In this document: piece after piece, positions 1-9,111 of the stretch | Numbering within the stretch: position 1 is the first letter of the stretch | How the letters are laid out: every line of letters starts with the position of its first letter | DNA from: an uncultured Eubacteriales bacterium | GTDB taxonomy: Bacteria > Bacillota > Clostridia > Christensenellales > CAG-138 | Direction of reading: 5' to 3' | DNA length: 64,000 bases | NCBI GenBank assembly: GCA_902768795.1 | Contig: CACXMS010000002.1 | Span: 29,871-93,870, forward strand | Position numbers and translations under genes: made by a program | The notes under the pieces: model-generated | Databases searched by the model: none | Seen by the model: the letters and a program-made list of their open reading frames with translations, nothing else | What the model was told of the DNA's origin: nothing

Positions 1-2
1 AC

Positions 3-1082
3 GTTTACGGCGCGGATGTTAAGGTCTGGACAAGCGACGCCGAACGGAAGGCGCGGAAAAGCCGCACGTTCGCCTCGCTGGAAAAGCTCGATATCAAGTG
101 GAACAGCTGTTACGACAACACTTTCATCCGTGAGATTTATGCAACGCAGTTTTTCACACAAAGCGGCCTGCTTGTGCAGAAAATCAGTCTTGCTCAGACC
201 TCCGTCAACGGCGACAATTACGGCGTGTACGATATCTACGAGCCGGTCGATAAAAGATTTCTTGAAAAGCGGCTGCCCGAAGAAGCGCTCGGCGGCGATC
301 TGTATAAGCTGCTCTGGTCGGAGTATGCCACCAACGGCGTTCACACGAGGAATCGGATCGGCGCAACCTACCAGCTGAACAATTCCTACGGGATTCAGGA
401 CAATCAGCGCGCCATCCAGTACAATTTCAACATCAAAACGAATAAGAAGAGTACCGATCACGCGGATCTGATCCGGTTCCTCCGGGTCGTCAATCAGGAT
501 TCGATCACAAAGGAAGAGCTGGAGTCCGTTCTGGATCCGGAAGAGTTTGCCCGCTTCATGGCCGCGCTGTATTTTTGCGGCGATCCGGATGATATCCGGC
601 AAAACTATAACAATCAGTACCTCTATTTCCGAAAGGACAACGGCAAGGCGGTCTTCATCGTGTACGACAACGATCAGACGCTCGGGATTTGCTACAACGC
701 ACAGGACGACTGCTCCGTTTTCGATCCGTATTCGAATGAGTCCCTGGGAAGAAAGGGACCGCAGCAAAATCCGCTGATCCGAAAAACGATCACGCACGAC
801 GCGCTGCCGGAGCTTGCTTATGTCCGGGATCTGTATGCGGACGCGCTGAAATCGCTTGCCGAATCAAAGCTTCTGGCCGACGACAAAACGTTTCTCGCGA
901 TGTATGAAAACGCAAAAGCGCTTTACGAAGACGACGCCGAACCGTATATGACTTTTGGAAACCAGAAGCATCCCTTTTTCTTCAGTCTGGAAGACCGTTC
1001 TGAAAACAAGGACGTTATCCATATGTCCTTCGCGCGGTTCCGCGCCCGCATTCTGGAAACCTATCGCGCCGCAACGCCGTAA
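3..1082 (+). CDS. CotH-family (spore-coat kinase-like) protein, C-terminal part. The 5' end lies outside the window.
   Basis: Frame 3 is open from nt 3, with no stop before the listed ATG at 174. The translation (...IREIYATQFF..., ...YNNQYLYFRKDNGKAVFIVYDNDQTLG...) resembles the CotH domain. A strong hairpin terminator follows. Confidence 0.6.
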   Translation, partial: VYGADVKVWTSDAERKARKSRTFASLEKLDIKWNSCYDNTFIREIYATQFFTQSGLLVQKISLAQTSVNGDNYGVYDIYEPVDKRFLEKRLPEEALGGDLYKLLWSEYATNGVHTRNRIGATYQLNNSYGIQDNQRAIQYNFNIKTNKKSTDHADLIRFLRVVNQDSITKEELESVLDPEEFARFMAALYFCGDPDDIRQNYNNQYLYFRKDNGKAVFIVYDNDQTLGICYNAQDDCSVFDPYSNESLGRKGPQQNPLIRKTITHDALPELAYVRDLYADALKSLAESKLLADDKTFLAMYENAKALYEDDAEPYMTFGNQKHPFFFSLEDRSENKDVIHMSFARFRARILETYRAATP

Positions 1083-1126
1083 AATCACGAACCACCCGCC
1101 CAGCGGGTGGTTCGTGATTTTTTCCT
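1083..1126. terminator. Bidirectional intrinsic terminator between the convergent CotH-like and TrmH-family genes
   Basis: Perfect 17-bp stem: AATCACGAACCACCCGC (1083-1099) pairs with GCGGGTGGTTCGTGATT (1103-1119). The loop is 3 nt. An A-run lies 5' and a T-run 3'. Confidence 0.85.
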
Positions 1127-1149
1127 TTTTCGGCAATTTCTCCGCTGCC

Positions 1150-1893
1150 TTACGGAGCGTCCGTATCCAGCAGCTTCTGCATCATAAGCGCCGCAAAGAC
1201 GGCCGCGTTCAGCGATTCGGCGCGGCCCTTCATCGGCAGGCGGTACGGGCGGCAGAGCTTTGCCACGCCGTCCGAAACGCCGCTGCCCTCGTTTCCGACG
1301 ACCAGCACCGTGCGCTCCCCGTGAACGGGAAGCGTCGAATCGCCGCGAAGATGCCCGCAGATGCAGGTAAAGCCCGCCTCTTTCAGCCGCCCGAGCTCCG
1401 TTTCGAGATCGCCGATCCACACCGGCAGATGATACGTCGAGCCCATCGCGGCGCGCAGCGCCTTCGGGGAAAACGGATCGACCGTATCGCGCGAAAGCAA
1501 AATTCCCGCTGCGCCGAGCGCGTCGGCGGTCCGCAGGATCGTTCCGAGATTGCCGGGGTCCTGCAGCCGGTCAAGCGCAACGATCAATCCGTCCGGATAG
1601 ACTGCGGGGCACGCGCAGTCCGGCGTTTTCGCCACGGCGCAGACGCCCTGCGGCGCGACCTGCGTGCGGATCGATTCCATCACGCTTTCGGAAACGGTCA
1701 CAAGCTCCGGTCCGTCGGGCACGGCGACGCCCTCGGGCGCGAAAACGGTCAAAAGCTTTGCGCCCGAGGCATACGCGTCAAACACGAGCTTGTCGCCTTC
1801 GATCAGGTGCAAGCCCGTGCGGATGCGCTCCTTATGCCGCTGCAGTTCGCGCACCGCCTTGATGCGCGGATTTGTTCTGGATGTAATCATCAT
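1150..1893 (-). CDS. TrmH/SpoU-family RNA 2'-O-methyltransferase
   Basis: The N-terminus MMITSRTNPRIKAVRELQ and the motif DPGNLGTILRTADALGA are typical of the SpoU_methylase family. The listed upstream extension (a TTG at 1959) runs through the rpmB terminator hairpin, so I rejected it. Confidence 0.8.
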   Translation of the reverse strand: MMITSRTNPRIKAVRELQRHKERIRTGLHLIEGDKLVFDAYASGAKLLTVFAPEGVAVPDGPELVTVSESVMESIRTQVAPQGVCAVAKTPDCACPAVYPDGLIVALDRLQDPGNLGTILRTADALGAAGILLSRDTVDPFSPKALRAAMGSTYHLPVWIGDLETELGRLKEAGFTCICGHLRGDSTLPVHGERTVLVVGNEGSGVSDGVAKLCRPYRLPMKGRAESLNAAVFAALMMQKLLDTDAP

Positions 1894-1901
1894 TGTATGA
1901 C

Positions 1902-1926
1902 AAAAAACCACCCCGCGGTGGTTTTT
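1902..1926 (-). terminator. Intrinsic terminator/attenuator after rpmB, immediately upstream of the TrmH-family start
   Basis: ACCACC (1907-1912) pairs with GGTGGT (1917-1922). It is flanked by an A6 run and a T5 run, so on the minus strand it reads hairpin plus TTTTTT. Confidence 0.6.
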
Positions 1927-1942
1927 GCTTTCGGAAAGTGAA

Positions 1943-2134
1943 TCAGTTGCCGCGAGCAACCTTGCCGGAACGCAGGCAGCGCGTGCAGACGCTCATCTTC
2001 TGCGGTTTCCCGTCGACGACTACGTGCACGGTCTGGATGTTCGGCGCCCAACTGCGTTTGGTCTTGCGGTTGGAATGGCTGACCAGATTGCCGGACATAA
2101 CGCCCTTCTTGCAGACTTCACAGAACTTACCCAT
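1943..2134 (-). CDS. rpmB: 50S ribosomal protein L28
   Basis: 63 aa: MGKFCEVCKKGVMSGNLVSHSNRKTKRSWAPNIQTV..., a full-length L28 pattern. The SD AAGGAGGTGGA lies upstream. Confidence 0.95.
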   Translation of the reverse strand: MGKFCEVCKKGVMSGNLVSHSNRKTKRSWAPNIQTVHVVVDGKPQKMSVCTRCLRSGKVARGN

Positions 2135-2303
2135 TCAGTCCACCTCCTTGCTAAAACTCGAACATTGCAATATTACCACAAGCCGATCGGTAATGCAAGC
2201 ATTTTTTTCCGGAACCCGCCATTTTTTTACGATCGAAGCAAAAGAACGCGCCTCCGGCGACAAAAACAGGACTGCCGGGCCGAAGCGCGGCCGTCCGCTT
2301 GCG

Positions 2304-2332
2304 TTGACTTTACAAAATTGCTGTGCTACAAT
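2304..2332 (+). promoter_or_regulatory. Sigma-70-type promoter for the 2358 gene
   Basis: TTGACT (2304-2309), 17-nt spacer, TACAAT (2327-2332), with a TGc extended -10. Confidence 0.55.
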
Positions 2333-2357
2333 GCAAGAAAAAGGGGGGATTTTGAAT

Positions 2358-2843
2358 ATGTACAATAACATCGGCGGCAAAGTGAAAGCGCTTGCGATCG
2401 TGGAGATGATCGTCGGCACGCTCGGAAGTCTGATCACGGCGATCGTTCTCTGGGCAAACGACGCGGTTCTCGCGGGATTTCTCGTATTGATCGGCGGGTT
2501 CCTGGTGTCCTGGATCGGCTCCTGGATCACCTACGCGATCGGCGATACAAACGAAACGGTCAACGGGATCCGTTCGATGCTGCAAACGCAGGAAGCGACG
2601 CCCGATGCGCCGCAACAGCCCGTTCCGCAGGCAAAGGCGGCGAGCGCCTACGCTCCGGCTCCGAAAAAACCGGCGCCGTACCGTCCCGCGCCCATCCCCG
2701 CTTCGGAACGCGAGCGGATCCTTTCCCAGGGCGGCTGGGAATGCCCCTGCGGAAGCGTCAACCACAGCTACATTTCAACCTGCGTCTGCGGCCGCAACAA
2801 GCGCGAGGTTCTGGCCGCGAAACAGGCAAACGAAGCCAAATAA
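2358..2843 (+). CDS. Small membrane protein with a C-terminal zinc-ribbon-like Cys cluster (hypothetical)
   Basis: ATG at 2358 follows the SD AAAGGGGGG. It has two predicted TM helices (ALAIVEMIVGTLGSLITAIVLW, LAGFLVLIGGFLVSWIGSWI), a Pro/Ala-rich linker, and WECPCGSVNHSYISTCVCG. The 1893 start in the track is an unsupported extension. Confidence 0.65.
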   Translation: MYNNIGGKVKALAIVEMIVGTLGSLITAIVLWANDAVLAGFLVLIGGFLVSWIGSWITYAIGDTNETVNGIRSMLQTQEATPDAPQQPVPQAKAASAYAPAPKKPAPYRPAPIPASERERILSQGGWECPCGSVNHSYISTCVCGRNKREVLAAKQANEAK

Positions 2844-2873
2844 CGGGTTTTGAAAAGCGAATCCAAAGAATAA

Positions 2874-2919
2874 GGAGCCGTTAAGAACCTCGAAAGAGGG
2901 ACTTAACGGTTCCTTTTTT
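2874..2919 (+). terminator. Intrinsic terminator after the 2358 gene
   Basis: GGAGCCGTTAAG (2874-2885) pairs with CTTAACGGTTCC (2902-2913), with one G-U pair. TTTTTT follows. Confidence 0.7.
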
Positions 2920-2967
2920 CCTGCAAGTATTTTATTGTTGCGTCCGCCGAAAACGGTCTGCCCCCTT

Positions 2968-3411
2968 CTACGGCCGCCTGCAATCCCCGGCGACGCTTTT
3001 TTCCTTCATCCCGCCGAGCAGCGACCCGAGCAGCAGGTACGAAACGAGGCCGATCGCCGCGAGCGCGCCGCCCGCGATCCAGTAGACCGCGGTCAGGGGG
3101 CTGGAGGTTCCGTAGATTTCCAGCGCCCCGGTCACAAGCGAGCCGACGGTCAGCGTCGCAAGCCCCGCGTGGTAGCAGCGTGTCGAGAAGGAAGAAGGAT
3201 AAGCGCGTTTGTGCTTCATCAGGAGGAAGAAGGGAAGCACGCCGCCGACCAGCGGAACCGCGAACGCGTACAGCATATAGAAGGAGAAAACGCCGTGTCC
3301 GAAGACCTCATAGACCGCGCCGAACAGAACGCAAAACAGTGTGACGGCCAGGTAGAGCGCTAAAACGGTCAGGTAACGCTCCCGGTTTTTCTTAGTATCC
3401 GATGTAAACAA
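2968..3411 (-). CDS. Polytopic membrane protein (hypothetical)
   Basis: 147 aa with about 4 hydrophobic helices. It overlaps the 3' end of the upstream phosphodiester-glycosidase gene by 20 nt, so it is probably co-transcribed. Confidence 0.6.
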   Translation of the reverse strand: MFTSDTKKNRERYLTVLALYLAVTLFCVLFGAVYEVFGHGVFSFYMLYAFAVPLVGGVLPFFLLMKHKRAYPSSFSTRCYHAGLATLTVGSLVTGALEIYGTSSPLTAVYWIAGGALAAIGLVSYLLLGSLLGGMKEKSVAGDCRRP

Positions 3412-4444
3412 TGTCGCTCACGCTCCTTTCCTTGCTCGACCGTCCGTTCGACGTCGGCGTATTGATCAGCGTTCCGTTGAAGACCATTGTGGAGGAGCCG
3501 CCGCCGTCGAGATTGTACGCGGTCGACGCGCCGAGCGTCTTCAAAAACGTCGCGAGCTCATACAGCGTCAGGCCTTCGTTGTCCGCCGTGCGGCCGTCCG
3601 AAACGACGAACAGGTAATGCAACTCGTCGATCACGGCGATCGCGGTGCGCGGATTGCTCGCCATCGCCCGGCCGACCTCATCCTGCACGGAAACGGAGAT
3701 CTCGCCGTTCTCCACCAACGCGGGGCCGAAATTCAGGACGTTCCACGCGCCGCTTTGGAGCAGCTCCTCGGCGGTGACGTCGGCTTCGCGGATAATCCCG
3801 AAGCTGCCGTCGCTGTAAATCACGAGATCGACCGCGTTCTTTGCGGCTTTGCTGCGATAGAGCACGCCCTCGCGGATCACGTAGCCGGACTGACGCGCGC
3901 CGTAATAGTCGCCGTTGATCGCCAGGATCGCTCCGGCCGCGTCCGCGGTCTCGGAAACCTTCGCCGTGACGTTGCGCCCGTAGGTGTTCTCGGCAAACGC
4001 GGTCTTCAGATATTCCGGCGAAGAAAGCTGCACGTCCGCGACATGAACCGTCGTCCCGCTGATGCGATACTCCGTTATCTGCACGGTAATGTTTTCATCC
4101 TGATACGCCGTTTCGGTCACCGTGCGCGACGCGCTTGCGTTGATCAACGTCGGTTCCGTTTCCCCGCCCGTTTCGGGCGTTGCTGTCTCTTCCGGGGGTT
4201 CGGTCGGGGCTGCCGTTTCAACGCTTTGTACGGCGGCGGTCATGACTTCAGCCGTCTTCTCCTGCGGTTCGGACGTCTTTGCCTCCGTCGCAAGGATCAC
4301 CGCCGTTTCCGCCGTGACGGGCTGTACCGTTTCCTCCCGGCGGACAATCACAAATGTATCGAGCAGCACATACGCCGTAAAAGCGAAAAGCAGACCGCCA
4401 AACAGAACGCCAAACAGCTTTTTTCGAATCTGCAAAGAGCTCAC
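3392..4444 (-). CDS. Phosphodiester glycosidase family protein (NAGPA/DUF2233-like), membrane-anchored
   Basis: N-terminal TM helix, a Thr/Glu/Pro-rich linker, then AINGDYYGAR...PRTAIAVIDE...AYNLDGGGSSTMVF. The listed start at 4444 is GTG inside the SD GGGAGG, so TTG at 4435 is the more likely start. Confidence 0.8.
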   Translation of the reverse strand: MSSLQIRKKLFGVLFGGLLFAFTAYVLLDTFVIVRREETVQPVTAETAVILATEAKTSEPQEKTAEVMTAAVQSVETAAPTEPPEETATPETGGETEPTLINASASRTVTETAYQDENITVQITEYRISGTTVHVADVQLSSPEYLKTAFAENTYGRNVTAKVSETADAAGAILAINGDYYGARQSGYVIREGVLYRSKAAKNAVDLVIYSDGSFGIIREADVTAEELLQSGAWNVLNFGPALVENGEISVSVQDEVGRAMASNPRTAIAVIDELHYLFVVSDGRTADNEGLTLYELATFLKTLGASTAYNLDGGGSSTMVFNGTLINTPTSNGRSSKERSVSDIVYIGY

Positions 4445-4571
4445 CTCCCGTTTCCTGTTGACTACAGTTTACGCAGCCAAACCTAAAACAACCTTAATCC
4501 GAAAAAAGTTTTTTGCTTTTTTGCGGCGGATATGGTATATTATTTGAAAGAACCTGCGGGAGGAAAAAACC

Positions 4572-5246
4572 ATGCGTCTGCTGTTTGCGGAGGATGAACG
4601 GTCGCTTTCGAAAGCGGTCACGGCCATTCTTGTGAAAAACAATTACGCGGTTGACGCCGTGTATGACGGAGAGGAAGCGCTGGACTATCTGGAAACCGGA
4701 AACTATGACGGCGTGATCCTGGACGTGATGATGCCGAAGGCGGACGGGTTTACCGTCCTGAAGCGGATGCGCGCCGCCGGCAACCGCACGCCGGTGCTGA
4801 TGCTGACCGCGCGGTCGCAGATCGAGGATCGCGTGCTCGGGCTCGACAGCGGCGCCAACGATTACCTGACGAAGCCGTTTGCGATGCAGGAGCTGCTTGC
4901 GCGGATCCGCGCGATGACGCGCACGCCCGACGTGCAGCCGGATACACGGCTGATGGTCGGAAACGTCACGCTCGACGCGAAAAGCTACGAGCTGAGCGCG
5001 CCCGGCGGCAGCTATAAGCTCGCGGGCAAGGAGTATCAGATGCTCGAAATGCTGATGCGGAATCCGAAGAAGCTGATCTCGACCGAAAACTTTATGGACC
5101 GCATCTGGGGATACGACAGCGAAGCGGAGCTTAACGTCGTCTGGGTCTATATCTCGTATCTTCGCAAAAAGCTCGCCGCGATCGGCGCAAACGTGCAGAT
5201 CAAGGCGCAGCGCGGCGTCGGATACTATCTGGAGGTGCAGGAATGA
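4572..5246 (+). CDS. OmpR-family two-component response regulator
   Basis: Receiver domain (LDVMMPKADG, TARS) plus a winged-helix C-terminus (VWVYISYLRKKL...RGVGYYL). Confidence 0.9.
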   Translation: MRLLFAEDERSLSKAVTAILVKNNYAVDAVYDGEEALDYLETGNYDGVILDVMMPKADGFTVLKRMRAAGNRTPVLMLTARSQIEDRVLGLDSGANDYLTKPFAMQELLARIRAMTRTPDVQPDTRLMVGNVTLDAKSYELSAPGGSYKLAGKEYQMLEMLMRNPKKLISTENFMDRIWGYDSEAELNVVWVYISYLRKKLAAIGANVQIKAQRGVGYYLEVQE

Positions 5247-6538
5247 TCCGCAAACTGCGGCGTAAATTCATTGCGATCGCCATGCTGTCGATCGTGCTCG
5301 TGCTCGGCGCGCTGATCGGCACGATCAACGTTCTGAATTTCCGCAGCACGGTGAAGGAAGCGGATGAAACGCTCTCCATGCTTGCCGAAAACGGCGGCCA
5401 GTTTCCTTCGTTCGGAAAGTGGAACGATTCCCGGCGCGAAACGCCCGATCCGGACACGCTCTTTGACCCGCCGGACGACGCGAACGGCGACCGAATCTTC
5501 CGGCGCAACCGCCGCGAGCTTTCCATGGAGCTGCCGTTCCAGTCGCGCTGGTTCACCGTCTCGTTCGGTTCGGACGGCGCCGTGGCCGACGTCAACGTGG
5601 AAAACATCGCCGCGGTTGACGAATCGGAAGCACAGCAGATGGCGGCGGCGATCTATGCGAAAGGGCGCGAAAAGGGCTTTTCCGACGGATACCGTTTCCG
5701 CCGCGTCCAAAGCGACGGCTCGGTCATGCTGATCTTTTTAAGCTGTCACCGCGAGCTTTCGACCGTACAGACGTTTCTGCTGGTCAGCGCCGCGATTTCC
5801 GCCGGCGGCATTGCAGCCGTGTTTGTGCTGATCCTGCTGTTCTCGGGAAGGATCGTCCGGCCGATCGCCGAAAGCTACGAAAAGCAGAAGCGGTTCATCA
5901 CCGACGCGGGGCATGAGCTGAAAACGCCGATCACGATCATCAACGCCGACGCAGACGTGCTCGAAACCGAGCTGGAGCGGGAGAGCGAATGGATCGGCGA
6001 TATCCGCACGCAAACCCAGCGTCTGACGGCGCTGACCAACGATCTCGTTTTTCTGTCGCGCATGGAGGAGGACGTTCCGCTGCAGCCGATCACGTTCCCG
6101 TTTTCGGACGTTGTTTCGGAAATGGCGCAGTCGTTCGTTGCCGTGGCGAAAGCGCAGAACAAATCGTTTCTCGTTTCGGTCCGGCCGATGCTGACCGTAA
6201 ACGGCGACGAAAAAGCGATCCGCAAACTCGTCTCCGTCCTGCTCGACAATGCGCTCAAATATTCGCCCGCAGGCGGCACGATCCGCCTTTCGCTCACAAA
6301 AGAAGGCAGGCAGGCGCGGCTGACGGTTTACAACACCGCCGAGAACGTCGAAAAGGGCAGCGCGGACCGGCTGTTTGACCGGTTCTATCGCGCCGACGCT
6401 TCGCGCAATTCCGCCGCGGGCGGGTTCGGTCTCGGCCTTTCGGTCGCCAAAGCCGTGGTCGAAGCGCATAAAGGCCGGATCCGTGCCTTCTCCGAAGACG
6501 GCGCCTCGCTGACGATCGAAGCGACGCTGCCGCTCTGA
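5243..6538 (+). CDS. Sensor histidine kinase (two TM segments, HisKA + HATPase_c)
   Basis: ATGA overlap with the regulator gene. H-box DAGHELKTPIT. N and G boxes LLDNALKYS, GGFGLGLSVAKAVVEAHKG. Confidence 0.9.
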   Translation: MIRKLRRKFIAIAMLSIVLVLGALIGTINVLNFRSTVKEADETLSMLAENGGQFPSFGKWNDSRRETPDPDTLFDPPDDANGDRIFRRNRRELSMELPFQSRWFTVSFGSDGAVADVNVENIAAVDESEAQQMAAAIYAKGREKGFSDGYRFRRVQSDGSVMLIFLSCHRELSTVQTFLLVSAAISAGGIAAVFVLILLFSGRIVRPIAESYEKQKRFITDAGHELKTPITIINADADVLETELERESEWIGDIRTQTQRLTALTNDLVFLSRMEEDVPLQPITFPFSDVVSEMAQSFVAVAKAQNKSFLVSVRPMLTVNGDEKAIRKLVSVLLDNALKYSPAGGTIRLSLTKEGRQARLTVYNTAENVEKGSADRLFDRFYRADASRNSAAGGFGLGLSVAKAVVEAHKGRIRAFSEDGASLTIEATLPL

Positions 6539-6617
6539 AGCGCTCCGAACCGTAACAAAAGTAATCCGACGGCGCAGCTCTTTTGCGCCAAAGATAATTC
6601 ATCCGAATAAAACAGAG

Positions 6618-6649
6618 AAAAGGCGTTTTTAGTGCATAAAACGCCTTTT
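6618..6649. terminator. Bidirectional terminator between the kinase gene and the topoisomerase A-subunit gene
   Basis: Perfect 12-bp stem: AAAAGGCGTTTT (6618-6629) pairs with AAAACGCCTTTT (6638-6649). Confidence 0.8.
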
Positions 6650-6692
6650 CTTTTCGCAAGTATCTTTTGTCGCCTTTTGCGGCCGCGCTCTG

Positions 6693-9107
6693 TCAGTCCT
6701 CCCGCCGGCCCGCAACGACGTCGTCGTCGAGCACGACCGGAACGAGCAGGTCGCCCTTGCCGGCCTTCGGCTGGATGTAGATCTGCTCGGTGTTGATCGG
6801 CGTCTTCGTGCCGTGCCGCTGCTCGAGAACAAGCGTATACGGGTCGGTCACGGCGCCCACGTACGCAAGCTGCGTACCGTTTGCGCCGTTCTTTTTGAAG
6901 TCAAACGTTTTGACGCCCTTGCCGTTTCGCCCCTGCACTTCATAGTCGAACAGAAAACTGCGCTTGCCGAAGCCGCGATCGCTGACCGTAATCAGTTCGC
7001 CTTCGTCGCCGACCTGCGCCATAAAGCAGACCTTGTCCTTCGGTTCGAGTTTGATCGCGCCGACGCCCTGCCCGGTGCGGCCCGTGGCCGGAACCGTGTC
7101 CGCCGCAAAACGGATGCTCATGCCCTGCCGCGTCACAAGCAGAATGCTCTGTCCGGTCGCTTCTTTGACGCACAGCAGCGCGTCCTTCTCCTTCAGTCCG
7201 ATCGCGGCGGTGCGCCTGGCGCGGACGCGGAATTCCTCGGCGGCGGTGCGCTTGATCATGCCGTTTTCGGTGACGAGCAGATATTCGCCGTCCTTCGATT
7301 CGTCGATCATGCGGATCACATGCTCGCCCTTTTCCATCTCCAGCAGCGAAACAAGGTTCACGGGTTTTGCCGTGGCGCGCGTTTCGGGGATCTCCGATAC
7401 CTTCAGCGCAAGCAGTTCGCCGCGGTCGGTGAACAGCCGCAGCGTGCCGTCGCCGGACAGCGTGACCGATTCGATCGGACGCTCCGCTTTGATCTGCGCC
7501 GCGTTGAACAGGCGCGACGGGGTTTTCCTTAGCTTCTGCCCGTCCAGCAGCGTGACCGTCATTTCCTCCGCGGGCAGCGCTTCCTCGGGCGCGGCTTCGA
7601 TCGCGGCGTCGCCCGCGATGATCGCCGTGCGGCGCTTGCCGTCGAACACGGCGCGCACTTCGAGCAGTTCCTTTTTGATCAGGTTCGCCAGCTTCCGGTC
7701 CGACGCGAGGATCGCTTCGAGCTCCGCGATCAGCTTTTTCGTGTCGCGGTATTCGCGCTCGATCGAAAGCAGCTCCAGACTTGTCAGCTTTTGCAGCCTC
7801 AGATCGAGGATCGCCTGCGCCTGGATTTCGGTCAGCGAAAACGTCTGCATCAATCCCTCGCGCGCTTCCTTCGGGGACTTCGACGCGCGGATCAGCTTGA
7901 TCACGCGGTCGAGGTTGTTGACCGCGACCATCAGGCCTTCGAGGATATGGCACCGCTTTTTGGCGATCTCGAGTTCGGTCCGGGTGCGCCGCGTCGTGAC
8001 CTCGCGCTGGTGGCGGATGTAGTGGCCGAGAATCTCCTTGAGGTTCATCTGCTGCGGCTTGCCGTTTGCGATCGCGACATAGTTCGCGCCGAACGTGCAC
8101 TGCAGATCGGAATATCGGAACAGCAGCTGCAGAATCTTTTCGGGGTCGCCGTCCTTCTTGATTTCGATGACGGCACGCGTTCCCGTGCGGTCGGATTCGT
8201 CGCGGATGTCCGCAATCGCCGCAAACGACGCTTTCTTCTCCTGCGTGATCTGCAGAATCTTTTCAAGGCACGCGGCTTTGTTGACCGTAAACGGGAATTC
8301 GTCGACGACGATCCGCGTCTTGCCGTTCTTCATATCCTCAAAATGCGTTTTGGCGCGCATCGTGAGCTTGCCGCGCCCGGTTTCATACGAGCGCGCGATC
8401 TCCTCGGAATCGAGCAGGTACCCGCCGGTCGGGAAGTCCGGCGCGGGCAGGATCTGCATCAGCTCGGGGATCGTGATCTTCGGATTGTCGATCTGCGCGA
8501 TCACGGCGTCGATCGCTTCAACCGGATTGTGCGGCGGGATGTTCGTCGCAAGGCCGACCGCGATGCCGCTCGCGCCGTTGACGAGCAGGTTCGGAAACCG
8601 ACCGGGCAAAAGCTCCGGCTCCTTCATCGTGTCGTCGAAGTTCCACGCAAACGGCACGGTATCCTTGTCGATGTCCTTCAGAAGCAGCATCGCCGCGTCG
8701 GTCATGCGCGCCTCGGTGTAGCGCATCGCGGCGGCGCTGTCGCCGTCGACCGAGCCGAAGTTGCCGTGTCCGTCGACGAGGCACACGCCCATGTTGAACG
8801 GCTGCGCCATGCGAACGAGCGCGTCGTACACCGAGCTGTCGCCGTGCGGATGGTATTTTCCGAGGCAGTCGCCGACGATACGCGCGCACTTGCGGTGCGG
8901 CTTGTCCGGCGTGTTGCCAAGCTCCAGCATCGTGTAAAGGATGCGCCGCTGCACGGGCTTCAATCCGTCCTCGACGCGCGGCAAAGCGCGCTCTAAAATG
9001 ACGTGCTCGGCGTAGGGCATCATGGAATTGTGCATGACCTCGTCCATGCTGACGTGCAGGATCGTTTCCTGCGGCGGCGGGGTCGTGGGTTTCTTTGTCG
9101 TAGCCAT
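6693..9107 (-). CDS. Type IIA DNA topoisomerase subunit A (GyrA/ParC family). The paralog is not resolved.
   Basis: 804 aa: LKPVQRRILYTM, GKYHPHGDSSVYDALVRMAQ, LVDGHGNFGSVDGDSAAAMRYTEARM. I found no canonical GyrA box (QRRGGKG) at the start of the C-terminal domain. Confidence 0.9.
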   Translation of the reverse strand: MATTKKPTTPPPQETILHVSMDEVMHNSMMPYAEHVILERALPRVEDGLKPVQRRILYTMLELGNTPDKPHRKCARIVGDCLGKYHPHGDSSVYDALVRMAQPFNMGVCLVDGHGNFGSVDGDSAAAMRYTEARMTDAAMLLLKDIDKDTVPFAWNFDDTMKEPELLPGRFPNLLVNGASGIAVGLATNIPPHNPVEAIDAVIAQIDNPKITIPELMQILPAPDFPTGGYLLDSEEIARSYETGRGKLTMRAKTHFEDMKNGKTRIVVDEFPFTVNKAACLEKILQITQEKKASFAAIADIRDESDRTGTRAVIEIKKDGDPEKILQLLFRYSDLQCTFGANYVAIANGKPQQMNLKEILGHYIRHQREVTTRRTRTELEIAKKRCHILEGLMVAVNNLDRVIKLIRASKSPKEAREGLMQTFSLTEIQAQAILDLRLQKLTSLELLSIEREYRDTKKLIAELEAILASDRKLANLIKKELLEVRAVFDGKRRTAIIAGDAAIEAAPEEALPAEEMTVTLLDGQKLRKTPSRLFNAAQIKAERPIESVTLSGDGTLRLFTDRGELLALKVSEIPETRATAKPVNLVSLLEMEKGEHVIRMIDESKDGEYLLVTENGMIKRTAAEEFRVRARRTAAIGLKEKDALLCVKEATGQSILLVTRQGMSIRFAADTVPATGRTGQGVGAIKLEPKDKVCFMAQVGDEGELITVSDRGFGKRSFLFDYEVQGRNGKGVKTFDFKKNGANGTQLAYVGAVTDPYTLVLEQRHGTKTPINTEQIYIQPKAGKGDLLVPVVLDDDVVAGRRED

Positions 9108-9111
9108 ACCG

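Noticed and set aside
16-378. 120-aa ORF at the window start.
   Set aside because: It is an alternative frame inside the CotH-like gene, whose own frame is open from nt 3. The product is Ser/Arg-rich with no motifs.
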